This document shows, piece after piece, positions 1-10,175 of a stretch of DNA of 34,792 nucleotides. The position numbers and the translations under genes were made by a program. Numbering within the stretch: position 1 is the first letter of the stretch; the number at the start of each line of letters is the position of its first letter. The notes beneath the pieces were generated by a model. The model worked only from the letters and a program-made list of their open reading frames with translations. It made no database searches and was not told the origin of the DNA. The DNA is from Reclinomonas americana ATCC 50394 (lineage: Eukaryota), in the NCBI GenBank assembly GCA_048213135.1, contig PS015102.1, positions 133,869 through 168,660 on the forward strand, in the 5' to 3' direction.

Positions 1-9
1 TGTAGGTCG

Positions 10-332
10 ATGTCGACGCCTTTGCCGCGTTCTCGAGTCTTGTCGTTGTATCGGTCGATTCTGCGAGCGGGGCGGCAGTGGCCGGCGCATAAGCCGGAGG
101 AGAGGAAGTATATTGAGCAGGAGGCGAGGACGTTGTTTCATAGGAATAAGGTGTGGGATGTGAAGGAGGAGAAGGGAGAGAGTGAGAGGAGGGGAGAGAG
201 AATGAATGATCAATGCATTATCTCAAATGAATGAGAGAGGAAGAGAGAGAGCCTCCTCCTCCTCCTCCTCCTCCTCCTTCTCCTCCTCCTCCTCCTCTTT
301 CTCCTCCTCCTCCTCCTCCTCCTCCTCCTCCT

Positions 333-363
<31 letters not shown>

Positions 364-734
364 TCTCCTCTTTCTCCTCTTTCTCCTCCTCCTTCTCCTC
401 CTCCTCCTCTTTCTCCTCCTCCTCCTCCTCCTCCTCCTCCTTCCTCCTTCATCTCCCTCGCTGACTCTCTTTGCAGAGCCTGACGGACCCTGGCAAGATC
501 GAGGCCAAGGTGTTTGAGGCGGAGAGTCGACTGGAGCTGGCGTTGCACTATGGAATTCCCTATCCACGATTGTTCCAGTTGAGTCAAGAGGGTGACGACC
601 AGGCGTCCCACTGAATCATTCTCACTTCCCCCTCCACTCACCTCCTCCCTTTCCGCAGCGCCTCCACCGACGCCACCGGCGGCAAAGTCAAAACCGTCAA
701 ATCCGCCTACATGGACAGCTACCAAGACGAATGA
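10..734 (+). CDS. LYRM1: LYR-motif protein 1 (Complex1_LYR family), 3 exons: 10-150, 477-577, 659-734
   Basis: Spliced product MSTPLPRSRVLSLYRSILRAGRQW...YIEQEARTLFHRNK|SLTDPGKIEAKVFEAESRLELALHYGIPYPRLFH|ASTDATGGKVKTVKSAYMDSYQDE*. It has the LYR motif, EARTLF..NK and the LHY.IPYPR signature of LYRM1. GT-AG introns with consistent phases (0, 2). Confidence 0.92.
253..445. repeat. (CCT/TCT)n microsatellite in LYRM1 intron 1
   Basis: Long run of cct/tct triplets; explains the poly-S/P/R/E ORFs in all frames. Confidence 0.95.
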
Positions 735-1015
735 GTGAGCTCTCTCTCTCGAAAGAAGGAAAAGTGTATATAATACTTATGTGTTGATATATTGTTGGTG
801 TGCCAAGGTCATTGTCGGCAAGGGATTTGTGGGCGTTTATCGCATTATTGGAATGTGGTGCACGTGATGTTGGTGTTTATGATTTGGATATGGTTGGAGT
901 TGGTCATCAAGACAGTTGTTGCTTGTTTGTTGGCGAATGAATTGTGCATTAAGTGTGTTGCATTATTTATACATGATTTCTCCTCCTTTTTTCCCTATCC
1001 TCCCTTCCCGATCTT

Positions 1016-1483
1016 TCACACTGGTCTCCTGTTGGCGAGATCGAGGAGGACGGCGTCGGAGCCCTTGGAGGCCGAGAAGAGATACAGACCGCCGCTGCGC
1101 ACCGCCAGTGCCACGGCCTCGGCCCTTGCCTTCGCGTCGGTCTGTTTGGCGGCATCGGCAGCCTGCGCCGCCTGCAGCTGCTTCTCTTCGCGGCCGTGCG
1201 TCTCGATAAAGACGCGCAGAACGGGGTTGGCGAGGATCAGGCTGCGCAGCGTGTGGTTCGCCAGCACCTTTTTGTTCTGCNNNNNNNNNNNNNNNNNNNN
1301 NNNNNNNNNNNNNNNNNNNNNNNNNNNNNNNNNNNNNNNNNNNNNNNNNNNNNNNNNNNNNNNNNNNNNNNNNNNNNNNNNNNNNNNNNNNNNNNNNNNN
1401 NNNNNNNAGCGGCTCACCCGTCATCGGCGACGTTTGCCGTGAGAGCAGCCACTCTTCCACCACGCGGCGCTCGTATGTATGAC
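1016..1483 (-). CDS. U-box domain (C-terminal half) plus helical tail; terminal exon of a gene whose upstream exons are not visible
   Basis: After acceptor TTCGCAG (1490-1484): (G)HTYERRVVEEWLLSRQTSPMTGEP-L-QNKKVLANHTLRSLI, the U-box GxTYER..I..W...TSPMT..L.....N..LR..I pattern. The frame joins across the 1281-1407 gap as CT+G = Leu. Stop at 1018-1016. Confidence 0.85.
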
Positions 1484-1539
1484 CTGCGAAATGGGGGAAA
1501 GAATCGAGGTCAGTTGAGAAGGGAGAGGGTGAGGAAGAA

Positions 1540-2138
1540 AGGGAAAGGGCAAGCTTGCAGTGCATACACAACAATTCTTCTCTCCCCCTCTCTGTGTAAG
1601 AAAGGAGGGAGAAAGGGAGAAAGAGAAGGGCAAGCTTGTTGCGCATACACAACAATTCTTCTCTCCCCCTCTCTGTGTAAGAAAGGGAGGGAGAAGAAAA
1701 GGGCAGCTTGCAGTGCATACATAACAAGTTCTTCTCTCCCCTCTCTCTGTGTAAGAAGGGGAGAGAGAAAGGGAGAGAGAGAGAGAGCGTGGAAAAGGGC
1801 ATGCTGGCAGTACACAGCAATTCTTCTCTCCCCCTCTCTGTGTTAGAAAGGGAGGAAGAAAGGAGAGAGAAAGGGCAAGGTTTTCAGTGCATACACAACA
1901 ATTCTTCTCCGCCCCCTCTCTGTGTAAGAAGGGGAGGAAGAAAGGGGGGAAGAGAGAAGGGCAAGCTTGCAGTGCATACACAACAAATTCTTCTCTCCCC
2001 CCTCTCTGTCTGAGAAGGGGAGAGAGAAAGGACAGAGAGAGAGAAGGGCAAGCTTGCAGTACACAGCAATTCTTCTCTCCCCCTCTCTGTGTAAGAAAGG
2101 GAGGAAGAAAGGAGAGAGAAAGGGCAAGGTTTTCAGTG
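1540..2138. repeat. Intronic minisatellite, unit about 70-80 bp (GGGCAAGCTTGCAGTGCATACACAACAATTCTTCTCTCCCCCTCTCTGTGTAAGAAAGGGAGG...)
   Basis: About 8 imperfect tandem copies visible, running into the N-gap at 2139. Confidence 0.9.
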
Positions 2139-2470
2139 NNNNNNNNNNNNNNNNNNNNNNNNNNNNNNNNNNNNNNNNNNNNNNNNNNNNNNNNNNNNNN
2201 NNNNNNNNNNNNNNNNNNNNNNNNNNNNNNNNNNNNNNNNNNNNNNNNNNNNNNNNNNNNNNNNNNNNNNNNNNNNNNNNNNNNNNNNTAAAGAGGGAGA
2301 AGGAGGGGAAGGAGAAGGAAAGAGGGGGAAGAGAAAGGGGGAAGGAGAAGGTCCCTTTCACTTCCTTCTCTATCTCTTCGTTCTCTTCCTTTCCCTCTCT
2401 TCCCCTCACTTCCCCTTGTCCTTCCCCTGTCTCCCCTCTTTCCCCCCTCTCCTTCCCGCTTGCCACTCAC

Positions 2471-3887
2471 CGTTCACCGAAACGCAGAGTCGACAGACTC
2501 TCTTGCGCGTTGTACGAGCTCTCCGTAATGTTGATGATGAGTGCGGTCCTCGAGTTGCCACCGAACGCATTCATCAGCAGGTACGTCAGCTTGCTATCGC
2601 GGTACGGAATGTGGCTGCGACCGCGCGGATCATTGAGCGCCGCAATCACATTCTGCAGCGCCAGCAGCGACGTGTTGATCTTCTTGGCCTCCTCCAGGCG
2701 CTAATCAACACAGACAGTGAGCCACAACAGTTGGCTGGGGGAGAGAGAATTGAGTGGCACAAACCTCGCCCTCGGCCAGCGTCTTGCAGACTTTCTCGCT
2801 GCCGGCCAGGTCGACCAGGTACAACTGCGACAGCTTGGACATTTGCATGACGCGGTCGGTCTGGATCAGCGTCAGCAGGAACAGCGTGTGGCTGCGTGAG
2901 CTCTCGCGGTTCATGTCTGGCGCACAGTGATGATGAGCATTCGGACGTGCAGGAAAAAGTAGCGACAGACAACTCCACGCAACTCGTCTCGGCGACCTCA
3001 CGGTTGGCGGTGCCACGGCGCAGCACGTCAAACACCTCGTTGAAGTTGGTGACCTTGACTTGCGTGGCGTCGGGGAGGAACAGACCGCGCTTCGAGTCAC
3101 CGCGAGTCTTCAGCGGCACCTTCACGTTCTTGCTCAGCAAGTCGTACACGCGCTCCTTGTACACCTCCACGTGCGAGGCAAACAGGTCAAAGTCCACCTG
3201 CGGCGACGCCGCTGCAATCCGCGAGAACAGCTCGCGCAACACGCGCGGAGTAATGCCCTGCATGCGCGGATTCTCCATGTCGCCCTCCATTGTAAACGTC
3301 TTGCCCGACGACGTCTGTCCGTACACCAGAATGGCGGCATTGATGCCGGCCAGCACGTCGGCGACCACCGGGAAGGCTACCTCCTCGTACACTTCGGCCT
3401 GAGTGGCTGTCGTATTGAAGACACGTGTGTAGTCGAACTGCACGCGGGCTGTCAGTGACAGGTGTGTGAAAGACAGCGGACAGACAAGACAAGAGACCTT
3501 GTACATCTCTCCCTTCTCGTGCAGTGCCACTCCCGACTGCCCGTTGTGGTAGGTGATAATGTCCTGGCCGCCTTGACTGATCTCCAGCTCGTTTTGTGGT
3601 CGTACCTGTTGTTGTCATGTGAGGAGTGTGAGGAATTCTGCCGCTGCGATGAATTGTATGCGTGTGAGAGAGGGAGAGACGCAACTCGGCAGTACACGCG
3701 CACTGCGTCTGTGCTTTCCGCGCAGCTGCTCGCCGAGGAGAGAGGCCGCGCAGAGGAGCTGTGAGGTGGTCAGTGAGAGAGAGTGATGACATCTGTGTGT
3801 GTGTGTGGGCACTCACCCCTCGCCGCCAAACTCGTCAAAGTCGACCTCCGAGTCGTCCATGTGGTCGGGCGACATGAAGCTGGCCAT
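2471..3887 (-). CDS. Kinesin motor domain, kinesin-1-like; exons 3887-3817, 3758-3686, 3605-3498, 3437-2984, 2916-2765, 2700-2471; 3' part continues past donor at 2470
   Basis: VRVYCR|VRP start, P-loop VYGQTSSGKTFTMEG, EVYKERVYDLL, switch I AETNMNRESSRSH, switch II LVDLAGSEKV, INTSLLAL, HIPYRDSKLT, ESLSTLRFGER. All five internal introns are GT-AG, 58-80 nt, with matching phases. Confidence 0.95.
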
Positions 3888-4799
3888 TGTGTGTGTGTGA
3901 ATGAGTGGGTGTTGTGTCTTTTCTCTGTCAATGATGGGAATGCAAAAATAGATTGAGCCGGCGGCTATTTATAACCCTCGTGTTTTTTTGCATAAAACCG
4001 CGAAATCTTTTATTAATGCTGCGGTCTGTTGGTGAATTTGAGAGCGATTCGGAGGAGACTGGAGGGAGGGTGTGTACGTGCAGAAGTGGCTGCTGCTGGC
4101 CGTGGATGCAACTGGGGGATATCGTGATCGATTGCAGCAGCAGAGAAAGCCAATTGCAAGGCCCCGAGCGCATGGTCGGCGTACTAATACAAGCAGCAAG
4201 GCGACGACCGCCACCTTCAGGATGCAGGTGCACCGAAAGCTGGGATATCGCTGGACTCGAGATAGAAAATTGCATTCTGCAAGAAATTGATTCCACAGCT
4301 CGAGGAAGTGGCCGTGCCGCCAGATCCCGGGAACGATCAGGGCTGCTAGCGATTACTTCAAATGCATGCAGGGCTGTGGATATCGGAATTCGCTATCTGC
4401 AACTGCGACAAGTGCTTTGCAATTCCTTTCAAATGCCTCACAAATCCGGACCTGGCATGTTTTGTTTATCTGGCTTTGGAAGAGCGCTGTTTCGGTATAC
4501 GTAAGTCGTCCTCGTTTGACTGGGCATGGGGATGACCCGGCCATTCTTCCCTCCGCCGACAAAGCGAAAGTAAAAGAAATTCTCACCAATTGCAAAACAG
4601 TTTGCTATCCATCTATGGAACACCGCCACCTCTTTTCCCACGTGGTCACTGTCATCAATCACAAGCCACTCTCCACCACCGCGGTGCAGATGAAGCCCCA
4701 GCATCAGGCAGTCTGGGATACGGATACGGGTGCGCGCACAGCATGCAAATTCAGCGAAAATTTGCCATTGTTCCGATAAAACAACGTGAGCCAACGTTT

Positions 4800-4930
4800 C
4801 TCTCTCCTCCTCTCTCTCTCCTCCCTCCCTCCTCTCTCTCTCTCTCGCTCACCGTCTCTCTCTCTCACCGTCTCTCCCTCTCCCTCTCTCTCCTTCTCTC
4901 CGTCTCTCCTCTCTCTCACTCTCTCTATCT
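4800..4930. repeat. (CT)n microsatellite, likely inside a 5'-UTR intron (about 4786-4998) of the oxidase gene
   Basis: CT-dinucleotide tract flanked by GTGAGC at 4786 and GCACAG at 4998, 8 nt before the ATG at 5007. Confidence 0.6.
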
Positions 4931-5006
4931 TGCGTGTGTATGCTTGTGTGTGCATGCGTGTGTGCAAGCGCAGTGCTCATTGTGCGTGCTGCGCACAGCT
5001 CCAATC

Positions 5007-8000
5007 ATGCGACAGTCCACTGTCATTCTCCTGGCGCTCGCGGTCACGCTCTTGCTGTCCGCATCTGTCTCCGCCTCCTCATCAGTGAGCGCCACCACTG
5101 TGGAGAGAGTGCATGCAGGGCCGTACTCGCTGTGTTGCGTCAACACTACACCCGCGTGAATGCACTCAATGCGATGCTTCATGCATGCTTTTACCGGGTG
5201 CTCATGAATCAATACAGCAATCGAGTCCTCGCCCACTGTCACGCTCCTGTTGCCGTTGCGTTGTCCCACGTGTACCACGCTTGTTGGTCGCTCGCGTGTG
5301 CGTGTGTGTGTGTATGTGGCGCGTGATAGTGAGGCGGCGGCGGCTGCGAGAAGTTTTTTTGTTCGCCAGCTGATTTTTCCGCTTCTCAATCAATTTGCCA
5401 ATCTTTTTTGCTTGTGACTGGCAGGCGGCCGACTCCCAACTGCGACATTGGAATTCGTTCCCTGCACAACTGGCGTGTGGTGCGTGCCGACGGGAGCGAG
5501 CTGCCGGTGAAGGTGGTCTCGGCGGCGCTGTCGCTGGAGTTCAATTACTTTGGCTCGACGCTGGAGACGCTGGGCGCGTGGAGCCCGTTGCCGGAGGGAT
5601 TTGCAAGTTGCGTGTATCTCGCTCTCTCGATCTTCCCCGTATACTGGCCGATTAATGACTCGTGATACCAGTCATCTTGCGCGGACATCGTGCCATTCAG
5701 CTGCATCTTGAGCTGGCCGACGCCGACGACAACGGCGGGGCCTTGCAGTTCATCGTCTCGTATGATATCGAGTACTATGGTGAACTGCAGTCGGCGTCGC
5801 TGCGGCCGGTACACGGACTGTCGATGAAAGCAGCCGGCGTCACGGGCGGGCACGGCCACCACGGCCACCACCACGGAGGACAGGGGACGCCGGTTGGCAG
5901 TGTCACGCTGCCACACTTCCCCTTTGACGGCCACGGTGTGTGTCCCTCCTCCTCTTCCTCCTCCTCCTCCCTCTCCCTCCTCCCTCCTCCCTCCTCCTCC
6001 TTGTTCGTGTTATTCTTCTTCTTCTCCTTTTCTTTCTCCTCCTCCTCCTCCTCCTCCTCCTCCTCCTCCTCCTCCTCCTCCCTCTTCCCTCTGACACTCT
6101 GGTGCGCGACCTCTGCAGTGCTCTACGCCGCCACGCCGAGCTGCGCGACTGTGTTGACGGAGGCGAATGCACACGTCACCGCTCGCCAGCTGTTTGCCGA
6201 TTTCCTCGGCACCCAGGCGGACTCGTGCGCTGCCGAGGCTGCGATTCAGTCGACAGCCGAGCGCTGGGTGGTGCTCCTCGTGTCGGATAGTTACGCTGCC
6301 CGTGCAGCCAACTGCTGCATGCCCGCTCTCTCTCAATCATCCATCGCACCTCCACAGGCGAATCGTACGCCCCACAGCAGATATTCACCGCCAACTTTGC
6401 ACCGTTCCACACTGGCGGCGCGGACGTCGAGTCGATCGCTAGCGCCGATGGTGCGTACGTGCACTCAGCCTCTCACGCTTGTCACTGTCTCTCACACGCG
6501 CACATCCGTTGCAGCCGCCACCACCACCAACATCCACACCAGCGGCACCAATAACGACTTGATCGACCTGCCGACGCTGACCAGCTCCAGCACCACGGGT
6601 GTGCTCGATGTGCTGATGGTGGCCGTGCCGGAGACGAACCCAGCGTTTGCCACGTGCAACATGGGGTGCGCACCCGTCACCTGGGTGTATCAGGTGTGTC
6701 CGCGACCGGCCGACCGCAGTGCCACCGCATGCCCGACCGGCACCGCACTGCCGAATGCATACGGCGGAGCGCGTCTGCAGCTCATGCCAGGCGACACGCT
6801 GAAGGTGCGTCTGGTCAACAAGCTGCCGACCACCACCGGCAAGCACCAGTTCGACGGCGACTCGACGGCGTACCTGGGTCAGAATCCGACCAACATTCAC
6901 ACCCACGGTCTTCTGGTCGACCCAGGGAACTTGGTACCGTCGCCGTCCAGCAACGGTCCGTACGGCGACTTTGTGTTTGTCGCGAACTTTAACCTGGCCA
7001 ACGGTGCACCGCTGCCGATCGAGTTCTCCCACGTCACACCGGTCTCCAACTATGTGGACTATGAGATCAAGATTCCCGCCCACCATCCCGCCGGTCTCTT
7101 CTGGTTCCACCCGCACGTGCATGGCGTGGCTCAGAATCAAGTGCACGCCGGTATGGCCGGTGTGATCACCATTGGCAAGTCGGCCGACTATGTGTGCCAG
7201 AACGTGCTGTGCCTGGGCAACTCCGCTGCGGTACCTGTGCGCCACCTGCTCCTGAAGAGGTGAGTGACGGCGCGATAGATAGTTCCTTGGCGCAGCGCTC
7301 ACGTTCGCCGGTGCAGTACGCAAGTGCTGGCCGACGGCACACGCATGGACGACCCGGATCCCGATTTCTGCCCGCAGATTGCCGACATGTCGGAACCACA
7401 GCGCGCCGGCTCGTGCCCGGGCCAGGACAACTCGGCCGACGGAGGCGACGACTTTACGGGCGGCAAGTGGTTCTACCCGGTGAACGGGCAAGTGTATCCC
7501 AACATCCCGGTGGACGTCTCCGTTGGCGAGGTGTGTGCATGATGTCCGCTGTGCGTGCACACCACCCCAACGCTTACAGCACACTCCTCCTCGGCAGATC
7601 TGGCGTATCACCACAGCCATGGCCAGTGTGAACTTGGACCTCACGCTGCAGGTGTCGGCTGGTGGCGTCACCTACAACATGCTCTTCCAGATCCTGTCGG
7701 TGGACGGCATCGCTGTGGCACCCACTGGCACTCCAACGCAATCGAAACTGACCGAGATCTCCGGCAACAAGTTCCGCACTCTCCCGTGTCCGCGTGTGAG
7801 TGCCGGTAGCGCAGGTGCGCCGCGCATCCTCGATCAGGCGCTCGGCACACCCATGTGTGCCGATCGCATGCACCTGCTGCCGAGCTCGCGTGTGGAGGTG
7901 TGGGTGGCGTTCCGAGACCAGCAGGGTCGCCTGGCCAAGCCGCCGGCCGGTGTCAAGGCCGTGTTGGCGAACGGTGGCGTGAGCACTGGACCGGCGGGTG

Positions 8001-8882
8001 ACTCGTGGCCGGCGGTGGATCTGGCCAGCGTCTGCTTCGTCAGCTCACCAAAGGCCACGCTGCCGGCTTACCTGTTGGTGCTGGGTGGCGGTGCCGCCGG
8101 TGCCATTCAGCTGCCGAACGCTCTTGTGGCGCTCGAGCTGAGTGCCGCCAGTCGCGCCCTCAGCAACGATGGTGTGGTGTGCCCGAAGCTGGCGGCCGGG
8201 GTCCGACGCCGCATTTTCTTCGGCCTGCCGAACGGCGACGATGAGGCCTTTGGTCTCGGCTACGACTTTGTCAACTCACAGGGCCAGTCTGTGGACGTCA
8301 ATGGCAAGCCCACCGCGCAGACTCAGACGATCCAGCAGTTTGACGCCGATGCGGCGGCCGTGTGCGTGTTCAAGCCCCGGGCGTTGCCGGTGACCGAGCA
8401 ATGGGTGTTGTACAATGTGGCTGGCGAAGGTGAAAGTTGTTGCAGGAGTGTGTGCATTTTTGTGACCTCGAGTGCTGACACGCTATATCTGTTTGCTGCC
8501 GCACTGCAGATCACAACTTCCACATTCACCAGGTTTGTGTTGTACTCTCGCTTGCCACGTGCACCCCCCTGACCAGTGTGTTCTTTTCCCCTCAATTCTT
8601 GATGGCCTGTAGGTCAAGTTCCGCTTGCTGAGCACTGCAGAGATTGCGGGGACGGCGGCACCGACCGGTGTGCTGATTGACAACACGCCGCTGGCGGCCG
8701 GCTCTGGCGACTGCGACGGCAGCATTGCCAAGTGGCAGTCCGGCGACTGCGTCGCGACTCCGACGACTGTGGCCATCACTTTCGATGTGGCCGGCGATTT
8801 TGTCTTCCACTGCCACATTCTGGAGCATGAAGACGGCGGCATGATGGCGAAGATCAGCGTCCGGGAGCCGTCGGCGACGTAA
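5007..8882 (+). CDS. Secreted multicopper oxidase (3-cupredoxin-domain, bacterial CueO/laccase-like type) with long N-terminal extension; well-supported exons 5425-5606, 5672-5935, 6119-6289, 6358-6450, 6515-7259, 7317-7530, 7598-8429, 8510-8532, 8613-8882; exons 5007-5270 tentative
   Basis: Signal peptide MRQSTVILLALAVTLLLSASVSA. All four Cu motifs are present: TNIHTHG, FWFHPHVHG, DHNFHIHQ, VFHCHILEHEDGGMM (T1 axial Met). Also PGDTLKVRLVN and QILSVDG. Exon phases are consistent from 5425 to the stop. Confidence 0.93.
5944..6082. repeat. (CCT)n microsatellite in oxidase intron 5936-6118
   Basis: cct/tct runs between donor GTGTGT (5936) and acceptor CTGCAG (6118). Confidence 0.9.
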
Positions 8883-9824
8883 CCACACTCACACACACAT
8901 CGATCGTGTCGTCGTGTTTGATGTGTGGCCCGAACACTTGTATTTTGGTAGTTTTGAACCACACACACACTCCCCTTTCCCCGTTCTGCAATGCACACAT
9001 TATATGGTGAAAGTGAAAACCGAGTGGGATCATCATGCAGCTGTTGCTGTTTGGATGTAAAGTTGTTCAGACTCTGCTAATAGCATTTTCGAGAGCTTCG
9101 AACAAGTTGGGAAGTGCGCGCAAAAACTAACCGGACTGCGCAAGTGGCACATGCACTCCTCGTCTACGACTTCAGAGTGATCACCACAGTAGGGTACCGA
9201 CCAGGAGGTGGCTTGCTCTCCGAAGAGAGGAAGCCAACAGAAGCGAACCGATAAGGAGAGGACGCAATTGTCACGGCAAAAACAATATTAATTCATTCAC
9301 TTTCAAAACAAGCAACAGCTGTCTTGATTACCAAGTTCAACCACATCCAAAATGTGTTCGCGTACTCTCCTCTCTTCCAATTCTCAGCAATACCACCTCC
9401 ACAGTCACCCGATGCGTGTTTCGACAATCACCGGAAGATCCTCACGAATTGCAATCATCGTTGCAATTGCTGTCCCCCCTGCAATAACCAGATCCCGCAT
9501 CTGGCCACCAGTACGCAGAGACAAACCGCCAGTGACCATCGCTACGCAGGAGTGCAGCTGCAGGCCATTGCACGCACGCGAGCGACAACTTCGCAAATCC
9601 GACAATCCGCACGAAAAAAACGAACAATAAATTCGTAACCAGATGCATGCCGTCGACCGTGCTGCGCAACACCACAACCACGCCTGCCACACACACACAT
9701 ATCACGCACACACCGCCGGTGACGTCTCGTGTTCGACTCGCCAATTTCCCTGCCATTTCACGATATTTTTCTCCACCTGCGCGCGAGAGAAAGAGACGCA
9801 CATTGCACAAAGAGAGAGAGAGAG

Positions 9825-10050
9825 ATGAGTGACGGCAGCGATGGCACCGACGACGGTCACACAGGCGGCAAGAAGGGCGGTGGCGCGAATGGCGCAGCGG
9901 GTGAGAAGCGACGACAAGTGCGCGTGGCGTGCACCTCGTGTCGCTCAGCACACGGTTTGTTTGCGTGTTTGTATGCCTCCATGTGTATCGCTTGAAGCTC
10001 ATGTTCACCACCCCGCATGCAGCCTGCTGTGACGATTCTCGGCCGTGCAA
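9825..10050 (+). CDS. Zn2Cys6 (Gal4-type) binuclear cluster transcription factor, 5' fragment; exons 9825-9954, 10023-10050; remainder lost in gap
   Basis: Splicing gives MSDGSDGTDDG...EKRRQVRVACTSCRSAH|ACCDDSRPCK, i.e. a basic patch plus C-x2-C-x6-C-x5-C, the first four ligands of the Zn2Cys6 pattern. Next donor at 10051. Confidence 0.8.
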
Positions 10051-10175
10051 GTTGCGTGTGTGTGTGCGCGGGGAGAGAGCGACGCACACAATGGAGTCTC
10101 GCAAACTCCGAATGTCGANNNNNNNNNNNNNNNNNNNNACGATAATGGAGTGGGTGGGAAGCAGAAAAAGCTCAC

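Noticed and set aside
206-567. Poly-S/P/R/E/L ORFs in several frames
   Set aside because: Translations of the (CCT)n tract in LYRM1 intron 1.
1421-2470. Long repetitive ORFs (EKNCCVC motif) and a CRISPR-like appearance
   Set aside because: Tandem minisatellite plus N-gap read-through; no unique spacers, no cas genes, and an intronic eukaryotic context.
3928-4794. Overlapping 120-180 aa ORFs between kinesin and oxidase
   Set aside because: Non-ATG starts, no motifs, AT-richer composition; best read as a divergent promoter region.
6439-7671. 410-aa minus-strand ORF
   Set aside because: Antisense shadow of the GC3-rich oxidase exons.
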